Shown here: positions 19,101 through 27,466 of the stretch, in pieces
Layout of the letters: each line of letters starts with the position of its first letter
Numbering within the stretch: the first letter of the stretch is position 1
IMG/VR virus record: IMGVR_UViG_3300016464_000180
Coordinates: 1-43,365 of that record
Length of the DNA stretch: 43,365 nt
Strand: one strand, 5' to 3'
Source: a virus
Taxonomy: Duplodnaviria > Caudoviricetes
The notes under the pieces: generated by a model
Databases searched by the model: none
What the model was told of the DNA's origin: nothing
What the model saw: only the letters and a program-made list of their open reading frames with translations
Program-made: the position numbers and the translations under genes

Positions 19101-20314
19101 GAGTTAGTCGCGGACACATCCAGGGCAAGCCCAGGAAGGCCCAGCAGCGTCATGCCCTGGAACGTCTCGATGGCAACCGCAGCGATGCGTTCCGCGATGC
19201 TCTGCGTCCCCTGGGCTGTCTGGATCGCCTGCTGGTATTCCTCCTTGGAGATCGCGCCAGCCAGACGCTCAGCCAGGACTGCGCTGACTTCCTGGCCAAC
19301 TTCCTCAAAGTCTTCCGCGATTACGCCACCAGCGTATCGGCCCACCGCACCCATCTTGGTGAAGTTGCCGAACAGCATCTTCTTGGCTGGGTCCATGCCC
19401 AGCTTGGTCAGCACCGTGGGAGAGATCGCGCCACGGACAGCCGAACGCAGCGAAGCTGTGGTGACACCGAACACACCAGCCGTAAGAGCCGTGGAAAGGG
19501 CACCGTGGAACAGGCCAGCAGTCTTCGCAGCATCAGGGTCATAACCCTGGTCGATCATGTCCTGAACAACGGAGCCAGCCTCCGTCATAAACGTCTGCTT
19601 GGCGGTGCCAAGCGAAGTGCCCCAGTAGGCACCAGCAGCAGTTCCTCCTGGGCCTGCAAGCGAACCAAGCAAGCCACCCGCCGCAGCCCATGCGACCGTC
19701 TCCGGTCCCATGTTATACATCTGCCCAAGCATCTTGCCTGCGGCAGCGATCCAGTTCCCGTTAGGGCTAGGAAGAATCTGTAGCTGCTTCTTCAGTTGCT
19801 GGTATTGAGTCTCCTCGTCTTCGGACAACTTGAAGTAGTTACGCTTAAACGAGAGCTTTCCGTATTCGTCCTCGACTTGACCACGCTTGGTAGAGCCAGC
19901 GATGCGCTCGCCCATGCTCCAAGCTGCCGTGTCCCTACGCAGCAACTCAGCGTTCTCATAATCCTTGAGACGCTCGAAAAGCACAGGGCTTTCCTTCTGC
20001 ATCGTTGCAAGGTTGACTCGCTGCATGTCCGTGTATTTTTGCATCTCCTGAGCATCGGTAGGCTCAGGCAGGCCAGCCAACCGCTGGCTACGACGGAACG
20101 CCACAAGCTCAGGGCTGTCCTTGCCAGTCTCCTGGAAGCTACGCAGTGCCGCGTTAAAGCTGGCTTGCTGGATCGCTTCCTCGTTGCGAAGCATCTCAGC
20201 AACGCCCTTCATCCCTGGATCGACGTAGGGGATCTCCTTGGGCACTACATCAAAGAGTGCCGTAGGTGACTGCGCGGGCTGCTGGGGAGACTGCGGTTGC
20301 GGCTCTTGGAACAT
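10196..20314 (-). CDS. Giant polyvalent internal virion/ejection protein (~3,370 aa)
   Basis: Start probably the ATG at 20314, right after the upstream stop. Third internal-virion position. Contains a TGT/DpdA-like segment, an ART-PolyVal-like segment, a HEMSH metallopeptidase motif (~14471-14485) and a helical C-terminal region with 'RGGYVP' and 'LFTQFQT'. Confidence 0.85.
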   Translation of the reverse strand: MFQEPQPQSPQQPAQSPTALFDVVPKEIPYVDPGMKGVAEMLRNEEAIQQASFNAALRSFQETGKDSPELVAFRRSQRLAGLPEPTDAQEMQKYTDMQRVNLATMQKESPVLFERLKDYENAELLRRDTAAWSMGERIAGSTKRGQVEDEYGKLSFKRNYFKLSEDEETQYQQLKKQLQILPSPNGNWIAAAGKMLGQMYNMGPETVAWAAAGGLLGSLAGPGGTAAGAYWGTSLGTAKQTFMTEAGSVVQDMIDQGYDPDAAKTAGLFHGALSTALTAGVFGVTTASLRSAVRGAISPTVLTKLGMDPAKKMLFGNFTKMGAVGRYAGGVIAEDFEEVGQEVSAVLAERLAGAISKEEYQQAIQTAQGTQSIAERIAAVAIETFQGMTLLGLPGLALDVSATNSRLSRAEGRAQALMNTIDLTRGTDVSRLAPDAYSDQVAELAEKNGMAELVLNRKQFDEAMAALYARAQKQDASLKQSDFVVAIRDRFPDLAKQLDAADKTGADIRISVADVALMARGEFGLHTELLKRGRIVDEGMDGDTGISWEEAQKQRMVAEQLRTQSMSIQARRGQKYVKQYDQVRRDIERKLEVVPQYTGQQRRFLAQVTADYYAVRAERMGTEGAPMSIIDAYKQDEFTITGPKSKGQQIKFAEQPAPVVQSPQPTVTTEQPKEAAPAQPQQESEPEAAPQAEEEVTELVAPESLKFQQDSQRQSITKQLFDQESAASKTPLSTAAAKRLQGVDVRQEELVRLEADLKTESERVRGLTREAYLEELEQDLDKAKTLLEGMDRESDEYKNLLAWAQYTNNYLLQEQAKEQQIEPAVPEVEPEVAPEQAADPVIPTVEQIAEEVLQAAEEEIQQVQEQQQQQEQEAAPLKLFVDGVEGTEVPWQSVPNGSDAWQYAIGKIEEDGKTAVWRRKASERGTYGGWRYELEPSKLISQKKQQDTGWTRKPGLDAWDKVPGQGNPNSLGTGYISGKHNDNIAARAKERGDIGLLITPLIPSYVNKTENYGFIAVDNGVFSKTIPFSESKFRKLVETIAANPSNKSKTLFVVAPDVVGDAAATLAKFPEWAAWIKSQGLPVALAAQDGLENMMDQIQWDLVDVLFIGGSTDWKIGKFDSAEKTAAWGKLFVEAQNRGIPIHMGRVNTNERIAGPAQQVGAGTVDGTYLAYGPDQNLPKLEGMLDRLNKLGLDLDAQMFPELGRAPTDQELYDVAFDEEIKTASDLGAFEPALKAINAIRMEYGFEVIAANKQVKATEQKPKKQRKQQDVSKYNAKELAAFLGQEGLTELQREARKLAVGKITRDQWDATVARLRPVKEFAEVPSLTTVDAMMKVGRLDKTKIAKVDTIKDGMRVALRLDIPSWQFHKTWVVAVHEATKGGSANVRGPFAYTNAVAINNVTFASREQKSFDIAQAKTTKDWTAVVNGDKQPMTAEEVQAMAKEVLNSPEWVQVGFNPEIHSYFWDRKTGEPIDKAEMVLQVGPLVLAKNPVYGKKSEKLFSRATATPPDGYIKGIRYTVGGKGLMNNQVLNRSKLSDDEEFELIELMDFGLQQPRDLDAGDVFYFTESGNVKHKRLISLLKKAAIGKVTKTEVWVKPKWTDLNGDQVSATETLPIGKDTLRSRATASNDAAYLDAVNRGDMKAAQEMVDAAAKAAGFNEDGEHGLALGVLEGGRFDPSMRGKNTGAASASLGFFFGSEKTARAYGQKTLNQESSSDISSAARSAFADVFDVVPPGVSKDLDFERDLGDEAFSADSMDELDPDAFVERIYRYANEVLDDVEFNADEASNEAEVLQAVERARNALDRSIGETEFESVTDVATIRVKLRMRNPLIHDQKGQKYRDKTYYDIIREAQANGHDSVIIKNTYDGGPLDDIKVVFSPDQIKSSDVVTRGDDGNVISLSQRFQAESPDIRYSRTADIAGTVNLSTMEITLTKDATFSTFLHEMSHIWLHMLMRDAQTANVPQQIVADAQTLLKWFGLKSFDEWNALSPEDRAVRHERWAYNFEGFISGEEAPSRELRGIFRQFRRWLTQAWTNIRTRLNLAYRQELQELGKPVEDLPILTTEVAEVMNRMLATDEQIALNQDFQSLMSLHMTKEQWLALGNTEAEWLEILRLQSRMGGELTDELTEQTIRGMEWLSSKNMRMLRAHKEKVDKQRNEIAKRIQPEIERKRVHQARALIRTGKMTNGETAAVIEMSESRLNLKMVRELFKDEPENLARVEAELGTGKTGMLYSKGVDPDQLATVLGYSDAKSMVMELLNAPTLETEVSELVDAEMKAQYKHLLDPKKIQKEISAQLSSKMRQKMVAIELRGLDRNLRKESDAGQPQLMAEMQEAQKELESLLNTEKSFREERDALRQKETDIKKQITKEKRKPTDDGARMTALQAELSAVEGQNKGRLAEINSNLKQLNKHIRKAERLAEGPRTTVATIMRAAQEVAIELIGKTLVKDALPSYFEANARMRRRGTTQALARGQSLEAIEQKRGELTQAAMAEQATAFQQEMDSFKELIQDMFRMSRADMAKSRDFNMAIAARGVAAAFGFGTEKQVEAVTEAVKAMRIYAPELATQVEQLLSEATQQATKISQQAQKRGAAAGRSKRNRVGPLYRELTVEQMQQLMDRIKGLWNRSADERVVELGGQKRSVEEVSAALTAKVLDRMDKPVGAGKSASGIMSYAALASRAEHVMEHLDGQQVGEWQLLVYRWVKDNAVKARGEFAQKIKQLSGILANIDMRHGQKIVATELGGHVFGEDPNNPLISELLHVVLHMGNPENLEKLVMGKTRVNDPQQTWGKYDDEGNLDTTDLRNFIERMIKEKVLTEQHFKAAEQIFELMDQLTPGAIKAFYRVNGYNMKLVKHGQIVNSLGTFRGGYVPAAVDKDATPIGDIMELKAQANEQFTNGMPKARDGFTKERVKKGALPRVTNINSLPMHIRDVLFYTHLQPILHDLSKVFTQEDLQGALNAYDPAIMRNVFIPWMGRTVRQLTQTPTNNPLDKIVRRIRRNVGLDKLALSLNVMFQQFTGLSVSSTRVPKAQLAKALVIWGKDPKAARKFISDLSPAMAEKFDNQMTEMMNQLEEVVRSPNAYKNFQKWALNNGMVLQAGAQNIVDSITWIGAFNEAMEKKGRGLSIEEAQKIAAADADSIVRLTQGGSFAEDLSTAEAGTVWAQLFTQFQTVFIVMMNAAGWKARTLVQDMGMLRASPRVMGLVFFGLYLPLAIGNLISETMRGEIGDDEDMDGVSETWFRTLVLAPLSGVAGGLPQIGAVANLAINSFDNKRYNDRLGTTPVFGAFEASRRGLASVYDLITDPGREIRGQDVKDWATFIAMISGIPTSVLARPTSYMLDEDRGFYSSRNSYLPEFVEYTRGLATGTGVPTNR
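15435..15812. repeat. 15-bp direct repeat GCAGTGGCTCGGCTA flanking an in-frame 363-bp cassette
   Basis: Identical copies at 15435-15449 and 15798-15812, both encoding S-R-A-T-A. Confidence 0.85.
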
Positions 20315-20315
20315 G

Positions 20316-23300
20316 TTACTTAGGAAGTCCGTTCGGGAAAACCGACTTGTATGCCTTCTCGATAGTATCCTTCTTGGCCCGCCACTGCTCGGCAGCAGAG
20401 TAATCTCCGCTGTTGACAAGCTCGATCATCCGCTCAAGCTCTTCAATAGTTGGCGAACTGTATTGCTGTCGAGGCGAAGATGGAAACTCGTCCGGCTTTG
20501 CCATCTTCTGAATTTGCAGATTCATCTGCTCAGCAGCAATCTCCTTGCGCAGTTCTTCAATTAGCGAAACGCCAATAGGGCTAGGAGGGACCGCATCTCT
20601 GGTAGGAACGGTTGCACCTTTTGGCTTGTATGCCTCGTCTGACCTAAATGGGCCTACAAAGTTCCGCAACGCATCAATAGGCGTGTTGGCAAGGTGCCAC
20701 TCGTAAGAACCTTTGCGCCAAGTTGCTGAACGAACTTGAGCAGCCATCTGCTTGCGCTGCTCAGATGTTACCGCTGAGAGCTGCGCGCTAGCTTGAACGC
20801 TAGCTGTTGCAGCAGGATAGTTGTTGTCCTTAGCGGTGAGTTGCCTATGCCGTGCAACAAGCTCGGGAGGAACTTCAAGCCCCATGCTGTTAGCGACTTG
20901 ATTCAAAACATTAAACGCATCAAGACCTTTAATTGTCTGATACTTTTCTCTGTATCTTTGTTTTCCACCAATATCTGTCCACAAAGGACCAGACGTTTCG
21001 ATTGACCCAAAAAACCTTTGAGCTATTGGGTCGTTTTGTGGAATGCCATTTTTTGCAAAGCTTTCTAACTGAGACTCCGAGTATTTGATCTCTTTAAGAT
21101 CATACTTTGCGCCAGCATCAGAAGTTCTGCCGCGAAGTCCCATAGGTTCTCCGTAAGCTTTGTAAAACTTAAGTGCATCAGCATTAGCAACAATATTTCC
21201 AGCTTCGTTTTGCTTGTAACGATCACCTTCGCGCGTTTTCTCAGCAATACTTTCGCGCAGGCCTGGAATGCGTTTGATCTCGTCAGCGATGTTAAGCTGG
21301 TCAACCAAATCGGGAACAAACACCGACATATCTGGGTTGTCCACAAACCGCTGCATGTATTCACGCAGGCTTGCGGCACCCTGGCCCTTTAGACGCTCGC
21401 CAAGATCCGCCCTGCGACGAACGCGCGTTGCATATTCCTGTGGATCTTTCTCTCGCTGAGAAACGTTTTCGATCCACTTAGTAGCAATAGTCTGCTCATC
21501 AAGAGGGATCGGATCAGCCTTTTGAACGATGTAGCCAGCACCAAGACTTTCTGCTTCGGCCTGAGCATCAGCTACATTCTTGTGTAACGCAGGGTTTCCA
21601 GGACCTCTTTCGTGCAACCGCAACTGCGTAGAACCGTTTTCGTCTTGAACAATCTTGTAGACTCTAAACGGGTTACTATTTGCGTTGCGAATAGATGTGA
21701 CTATTTGATTTCGTTCCCACACTGGAATGTCGGTTGGCAGAACATCGGCATACTTATCAGTGTTAGGAATCGGAATCCTAAATGCTCCAGTCTCACCTTG
21801 AGCAAGCTCGTAAAGACGCTTTTGCTCTCCGTCAACGACAACGGTTGTCTTGTCGCGCTTTGCTAGAAACTCAGCAAACGTGACGTTTTTGTTGGCTGGC
21901 TCACTTTTAAAGGCAGACCACTGGGCCTGAATGTTTTCGTGCCATTTACTAAAGTCTTCTCTTGTTTCAAGAACAGAGCTTGAAAGACCAAACGTATGTC
22001 GATTTTCCTTGCGGAACTGGTCAAACAAAAGATCTCTATCGCTCAACGCTTGACGCTGCTCAGGAGTAGCCGACTTGTTAGACTCGCTAATCCTGGCTTG
22101 GAACAACTTCTGATCTTCGTCAGAAAGTTGATACCTGTAACTCAAATCTACAGGCGTAAGTGAGCTGAACAATTCTGGATCGTTTTCCATCATGTCCAAC
22201 AGCCTTGCACGATCTGCTAGGTTGGTTTTCTGCTGGTAACCTTCGCGCACCCAAGTCTCAAACTTGGTGAGAGACTCCTCATCAAGCTGCATGTAGAGAT
22301 TCTTGTCCAGGCTCAGAAGAGCGTTGCCAGCACTCTGATCCTTTGGGAATCCCTGCCCTTGCGTGGCGGCACGGAAGAACGTCTTGGCGTTGTTAAGCGC
22401 GTTTAGCTGACTTTGTTCCTTGTTGTTCTTTTCTTCTGTGGCCAAGGAATTAATCATGCTAATAGTGCTAGCAAGATCCTCTTGGTCAAGTTGGCCAGCC
22501 ACAAACGCTGCACGGGCAAAGTCCTGCTTGTCCTTGATCGTAGGGAGATCGTCTCGGATGAAGATCGCACGCGCGATGTTGTTGGCTACCTGCTCCTTGC
22601 GAAACTTGGCCAGTGTCTCCTCTACCTTGTAGAGAGTTTCAGGATCAACTCGGCTACGGTTATTTTTGTCAGCAAGGAAGAATCGAGCTGAGTCGATGTC
22701 ATCCCTCTGAACCATACTGTTTAAAACGCCAGTGTAGACTCCGCGCTCGACGTTCTTCAGGTAGAGCTTGCCCTGCTCGTCATCAGGGTTGATGCCCTGA
22801 AACGACAGGTGTTCACGGGCTTGATTCATCAGGCCTGTGAATCGAGTCTGAAAAGCGTCTCGGCTGTCTTGCTTAGCTCCCATGGTGATGGCTTTAGCAG
22901 TCTCATCAGAAACTGCTCCAGTGCCATCAAGCATCTGCACACTCAGGGGAACTCCAGGGTTGTAGACACGCGATCCGAACTGGATCGCATCCTCCGCCAT
23001 GTTGTTGATGCGGCTTTCAGTCTCTTTTACCTTAAAGTTGTAGGCTTCGCGCATCACATGGAAGTTGGCTTGCCTGTCAACGTCCATCATGCGGCGATCC
23101 GCCGCGCTGCGGAAAGCCACCTTCTGCGCAGGGTTGGTCAAGCCAGCTTCGATCTCCTTGCGCTGCTTGGCCAAGTTCTCCTGGAAACTAGCGTAGCCAG
23201 TGATCGCATCCCTACCTTGCAGCGACTGGAACCGGACAGTTTCTTGATTAAGGAAGTTTCTCCACTTGTTGTCCGTTTCCGCCACAACGGAATCGTTCAC

Positions 23301-23486
23301 GATGTCCTGCATCCGCATAGCGATGTTGGACATACCTTCGCCAAACCTGCTCAGAGACTGCCCCATCTCCTGGATCTGCTGGGGGGCAGCGTTGGGCATG
23401 GGCTGGACTCCAGGCCCCTGGAACTCGGGCATCTGGATCGGCTGGACCTGAACGGACGGGACGTTGTAGTCAGGGATACGAGGCAT
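20316..23486 (-). CDS. Internal virion protein (1056 aa)
   Basis: 'MPRIPDYN' Pro/Gln-rich N-terminus and 'LQGRDA' motif typical of this position in BPP-1-like podophages. Confidence 0.75.
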   Translation of the reverse strand: MPRIPDYNVPSVQVQPIQMPEFQGPGVQPMPNAAPQQIQEMGQSLSRFGEGMSNIAMRMQDIVNDSVVAETDNKWRNFLNQETVRFQSLQGRDAITGYASFQENLAKQRKEIEAGLTNPAQKVAFRSAADRRMMDVDRQANFHVMREAYNFKVKETESRINNMAEDAIQFGSRVYNPGVPLSVQMLDGTGAVSDETAKAITMGAKQDSRDAFQTRFTGLMNQAREHLSFQGINPDDEQGKLYLKNVERGVYTGVLNSMVQRDDIDSARFFLADKNNRSRVDPETLYKVEETLAKFRKEQVANNIARAIFIRDDLPTIKDKQDFARAAFVAGQLDQEDLASTISMINSLATEEKNNKEQSQLNALNNAKTFFRAATQGQGFPKDQSAGNALLSLDKNLYMQLDEESLTKFETWVREGYQQKTNLADRARLLDMMENDPELFSSLTPVDLSYRYQLSDEDQKLFQARISESNKSATPEQRQALSDRDLLFDQFRKENRHTFGLSSSVLETREDFSKWHENIQAQWSAFKSEPANKNVTFAEFLAKRDKTTVVVDGEQKRLYELAQGETGAFRIPIPNTDKYADVLPTDIPVWERNQIVTSIRNANSNPFRVYKIVQDENGSTQLRLHERGPGNPALHKNVADAQAEAESLGAGYIVQKADPIPLDEQTIATKWIENVSQREKDPQEYATRVRRRADLGERLKGQGAASLREYMQRFVDNPDMSVFVPDLVDQLNIADEIKRIPGLRESIAEKTREGDRYKQNEAGNIVANADALKFYKAYGEPMGLRGRTSDAGAKYDLKEIKYSESQLESFAKNGIPQNDPIAQRFFGSIETSGPLWTDIGGKQRYREKYQTIKGLDAFNVLNQVANSMGLEVPPELVARHRQLTAKDNNYPAATASVQASAQLSAVTSEQRKQMAAQVRSATWRKGSYEWHLANTPIDALRNFVGPFRSDEAYKPKGATVPTRDAVPPSPIGVSLIEELRKEIAAEQMNLQIQKMAKPDEFPSSPRQQYSSPTIEELERMIELVNSGDYSAAEQWRAKKDTIEKAYKSVFPNGLPK

Positions 23487-24187
23487 CAGACGGCTCCCAT
23501 GTAGTTCATCATGGCCCAGTTAGACGCGACAGGACCAGCACCGCCCAACAAGCTAGAAAAAGCACTAAGTCCAGGACTAATGCTTCCTGCTCCAGATCTA
23601 AGGTTTTGTGCGGACATCCGCCCCATCAAAGCCTGATTCCGATAGTTCACGGCTTGCATCCGGCGCGCTTCCGCAGCCTGGACCGCGTTGGTGTTGATGG
23701 CAAAAACATCAGCTTGCTTGACGTATTCTGCACTAGCTGCAACTTCTCGGGTGCTGCCTACGCCAGCCGCGACTCCTCGCGCACCAAGGCTGGCCCGACG
23801 CGCAGCTTGCTCCTGGCCAGCGCGCATCGTGGCCATGCCAATCGCTTGCTGGCCTGAGCGAAGCACCGACTGCGCCTCGATCTCGGCTGCACGGGCATTC
23901 ATGGATGCCATCCCAGCCTGGAACTCCGCGTTCAGAGCCTGGGACTTGAGTTGGTATTGCTGGCTCTTGGCCGCGTAGAACCCACCGATGGCCGAGTTCA
24001 GCGCGCCAGCTACGGACATGGCTACGCTGAACGCGCCAAGACCGCTCATGCCGCCAGCCGCAGCACCGCCGCCACCACCACCAGTAGTGGCCAAGGAATC
24101 ATAACCACTCTGGAACTGGGTGTTCTGGGACAAAGACCCAGCACCACCGCCACCCCAGAAACCATAACTAGGTCCACCTCCAGCCAT
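23486..24187 (-). CDS. Internal virion protein (Gly/Ala-rich, T7 gp14-like position)
   Basis: Gly/Ala/Gln-rich with 'ARGVAAGVGS'; immediately follows tail tubular B. Confidence 0.75.
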   Translation of the reverse strand: MAGGGPSYGFWGGGGAGSLSQNTQFQSGYDSLATTGGGGGGAAAGGMSGLGAFSVAMSVAGALNSAIGGFYAAKSQQYQLKSQALNAEFQAGMASMNARAAEIEAQSVLRSGQQAIGMATMRAGQEQAARRASLGARGVAAGVGSTREVAASAEYVKQADVFAINTNAVQAAEARRMQAVNYRNQALMGRMSAQNLRSGAGSISPGLSAFSSLLGGAGPVASNWAMMNYMGAV

Positions 24188-24188
24188 G

Positions 24189-27100
24189 TTAGCCTCCGAT
24201 GGAAACTTCCGTGGTCATGCCAAGAACGGTAGTAGGCAGCGGTTCGTCTTGGCGAACGAACACCGTGCCGCTATCCAGCCATGCAGGAGTCATAAGCACT
24301 TGAACCTCGCTGGTCTTCAGTTCTGGGGTAATCTCGTATGGTGAAGCCGGGACAAGGTTATCCGCGTCAGGGCCAACCTTCATGCCCGCAGTCTGGTAAA
24401 CCTTGAGCCACGCCTTGTTGACGTTTTTAGTGCGCCCCTGGCCAAAGCCATCCATCTGCATGGCCACCGGGAGCGTCTCCAGGTCGCAGGTATAGGGCAA
24501 ACCAACCACTAGGTGGACCGCAGGGGGGCTGACCGAGATCGTGCCTCCTGAGACAACCTGAGGTTCCTGGGGCACGCCATCGGCCAACACCCTCACGGTA
24601 AACCCGTTGAGGTGCGCAAGGCCACTGAAGCTGTCGCGCGCCCATGCCCAGCCGTAGATGGCTACGCTACGCAGCGCGGCAGGGATCGTCTTGTTCGGTT
24701 TGGCCGTGGCTACCGTGGCCGAGCTTGTAGCCTGAATGGTCAACCGATACTCCTCACCAGCGGAATCATAAACCACGATCTGGTCGCCTACGTCCGTCGT
24801 GGCCGGGTAGGCAAAGTGGTTATGACTCATCGTGAGGGTCAGAGTCTCGTTAGGAGTCCAGTTGGTGCCACCGGAGATATGCACATGGTGGGAGTTGTTC
24901 GGCTCCGTCCCGTCGAAGCTCAGGGAGCAGTCCAGGCCAACGTAGGTGTTGAGATCCTGGAACTCAAAAGCATCCATGCGCTCAACAAACTGCGATGCGC
25001 CACGGCGGATGACCGCGTAGAGGCGGTCCTCCTCACCTTCCGGGACCGAGCAAACGCTCAGGAACTCGCCTTCCGTATCGTGCCAGTGCCATGCACCAAG
25101 CTGCTCTTCAGGGATGTAGGTAAACCCCAACAGGTTGCCACTGGTTGAAGTAAACCACACTACAGGTTGTGGTGCCTTGCTTAGAGCCATGTCCGTCAAC
25201 TCGTAGTTGTCGAACAAGTGCGCAGCGCGGACCGAGACATCGCCAGTTGCGTAGCTCTGCTGCTGCCAGTTGTAGCCAACCTCGCGGACATGCCCACCAC
25301 GGGAAGCGCAGTAGAGCAAGCTGTTGTTCACAATCTGCGGCTGGACGTTGTTGGCCCCAACGTAGCTCTGCGGACGCACGCTGACCGTGGACGGGGTAAG
25401 CGCGTCCGAGTCGATCGAAGTGATGCGCCATTCAGTTTGGCTAGTCAAAGCTAGCAGGTTGTTCAGCGGAACAAGATGGCGGATCTGGCTGGCCTGACGG
25501 GAAGACACTTTGATCTTGATGCGATCATCAGACTGCGTTGGGATGTGGTAACTAAGATCAGATTCAGAGTTTGATCTAGTTGCCCAAAAAGTTTGCGGCT
25601 CGTTGTTAGTGCCAGCAAACATGCGCCTCTGTTCAAAATAAGTGACAGAAGCTGGGTAGTTGTCAGTCGATGTAAAAGCTGAAGCATCTTCCTGGATTGG
25701 TTGAGTCAATCCAAGATCTGGAGCTATGTTGTCATCTACAAAATAAGCTATCTTTTTATACGTCATGGCACCGGACCCGTATCCAGAGCCAACAAACAAA
25801 TTTGCATTGGCTGACGGAGACAACTTCAAAACAAAGTTGTCATCGTCTAGCTTGTGAACAAAAAAGATATTTGCGTTTTCTCTCGTTGTTCCGTTTAAAA
25901 AAACTTCAAGAGTTGAAGACCAGATAGCTTGGTTTTCTACAAGGCCATGGCCAACTTTGGTCACCTTGCAGTAGAACTCATTTAGAACCGCTCCAACGTA
26001 AACGTTGGAAGATGTAGCAGAGATCAGTTCTTGATCGTAGTTATCAGTTTTGCCAATGTATCCGTAGGATCCATTTGACATCTTGTAGATGTTGTAGCTT
26101 ACGGCATCCGACGATGTATTAATTACGATGCCATTGGCTGCGCCAGTGACATACAAGTTGTTGTCAACAGATACGGACGAGTAGTTGATCGACTCAACAC
26201 CAAACGAGTCAACTGGAGCAATCCGATAGTTGTTGGTTGTATCGAACGCTAAGCTGGCTGGCTGGATAAACGAAGTAAACCTATGGTGCGGCAAATAAGC
26301 AGGAGCTGTATATACTGCCGATGCAGTAGATGTTAGGTTTACACCGTTTCCGTCAAGATACTTTAGCTTGAGGTTGTTGGCTCCGGTTACACCAGCAAGG
26401 TTGACAACGTAGAATCCGCGTTTAAGCGGATATGGAATAGTGCTTAGACCGCTAATCCAAGTGTTAGCGTTTTTGTCAAGCCCACCGTTGAAGTAAACGA
26501 CATCGCCACTATTAAGTTTATGGTCTTCAACACAATTGAAGATTTCGTCAGTTGCCCCATTTGGATTCATAGATCCAATTTGGATGCACCTTCCATAAGA
26601 TGGGATGCACTTAACTTCAGTCGGTGCTGGGATGTTGCTTCCAAACTCAATTGAAACAAAAGCCCATTTGGTTGCCGAATATCGTCGCAACTCTTTAGGC
26701 CAATGGTTTGGATGAACAACTGTAAGAATGTCTCCACTCTGAACGTAGTGAAGATCCATTACATCAAGGTCATCGTATTGAGTTGGAAGTTCCAGAATGC
26801 TGCCACTCAATAAATACCACTGCGAAGCCGGAGGAGTGACGCTATCGTTTTGCCCAATGCAGTAGTAGTTGTTTCCACTGTAACTAACTACATCTCCTTG
26901 CGAATAGCGACGCTTTCCAGTTGTTGTCCCCGTTGGGCTACCAGAAAACAAAAGAACAGATGCAGTTGGATCTTCTTTAATCTGAAAAGATCCAGGGACA
27001 GGATTAGCAACGTAGTAAACTTGACCAGCTACGATACCAGTTGGTAGTGTTCCTCCTGTAAACACTACCTGATCGTCAGTTACTAGGTTATGCGATGCCC

Positions 27101-27464
27101 AGTTAACAACATCGGTTAACACGTTAAACGTTACGGTTACCGATGGAGTAAACGCTGTGATGTTAGTTAGCGTTACTGGCGCACCGTCAAAGTGCAAGCG
27201 AATATACTGCTCGCCAAACTCCAGGACGTATGCCTGATCGTTGTTGAACACAAACGGGATCAGCCGCGTAGGCTTGTCCGCAAACTTGGTGTCGGCAACG
27301 TATTCAAACCCAGGCCTAGAACGCGCAGCACCCTGTGGCTTGACCACAAAGTTGCGCATGGTCTTGGCACCAGTCTGGTAGCGCGAATCGTCGATGCGCC
27401 CAAACATCTCCGGGCTGACTTCGCCACCAGCAAAACTGCGCGTGTAGAGACGAGTATTGGCCAT
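24189..27464 (-). CDS. Tail tubular protein B / nozzle with a large variable insertion
   Basis: SFAGGEVSP..GRID, RLIPFVFN, QSGD, YPASVTYFEQR, AWHWH, VGLPY, QDEPLP. Confidence 0.9.
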   Translation of the reverse strand: MANTRLYTRSFAGGEVSPEMFGRIDDSRYQTGAKTMRNFVVKPQGAARSRPGFEYVADTKFADKPTRLIPFVFNNDQAYVLEFGEQYIRLHFDGAPVTLTNITAFTPSVTVTFNVLTDVVNWASHNLVTDDQVVFTGGTLPTGIVAGQVYYVANPVPGSFQIKEDPTASVLLFSGSPTGTTTGKRRYSQGDVVSYSGNNYYCIGQNDSVTPPASQWYLLSGSILELPTQYDDLDVMDLHYVQSGDILTVVHPNHWPKELRRYSATKWAFVSIEFGSNIPAPTEVKCIPSYGRCIQIGSMNPNGATDEIFNCVEDHKLNSGDVVYFNGGLDKNANTWISGLSTIPYPLKRGFYVVNLAGVTGANNLKLKYLDGNGVNLTSTASAVYTAPAYLPHHRFTSFIQPASLAFDTTNNYRIAPVDSFGVESINYSSVSVDNNLYVTGAANGIVINTSSDAVSYNIYKMSNGSYGYIGKTDNYDQELISATSSNVYVGAVLNEFYCKVTKVGHGLVENQAIWSSTLEVFLNGTTRENANIFFVHKLDDDNFVLKLSPSANANLFVGSGYGSGAMTYKKIAYFVDDNIAPDLGLTQPIQEDASAFTSTDNYPASVTYFEQRRMFAGTNNEPQTFWATRSNSESDLSYHIPTQSDDRIKIKVSSRQASQIRHLVPLNNLLALTSQTEWRITSIDSDALTPSTVSVRPQSYVGANNVQPQIVNNSLLYCASRGGHVREVGYNWQQQSYATGDVSVRAAHLFDNYELTDMALSKAPQPVVWFTSTSGNLLGFTYIPEEQLGAWHWHDTEGEFLSVCSVPEGEEDRLYAVIRRGASQFVERMDAFEFQDLNTYVGLDCSLSFDGTEPNNSHHVHISGGTNWTPNETLTLTMSHNHFAYPATTDVGDQIVVYDSAGEEYRLTIQATSSATVATAKPNKTIPAALRSVAIYGWAWARDSFSGLAHLNGFTVRVLADGVPQEPQVVSGGTISVSPPAVHLVVGLPYTCDLETLPVAMQMDGFGQGRTKNVNKAWLKVYQTAGMKVGPDADNLVPASPYEITPELKTSEVQVLMTPAWLDSGTVFVRQDEPLPTTVLGMTTEVSIGG

Positions 27465-27466
27465 GG

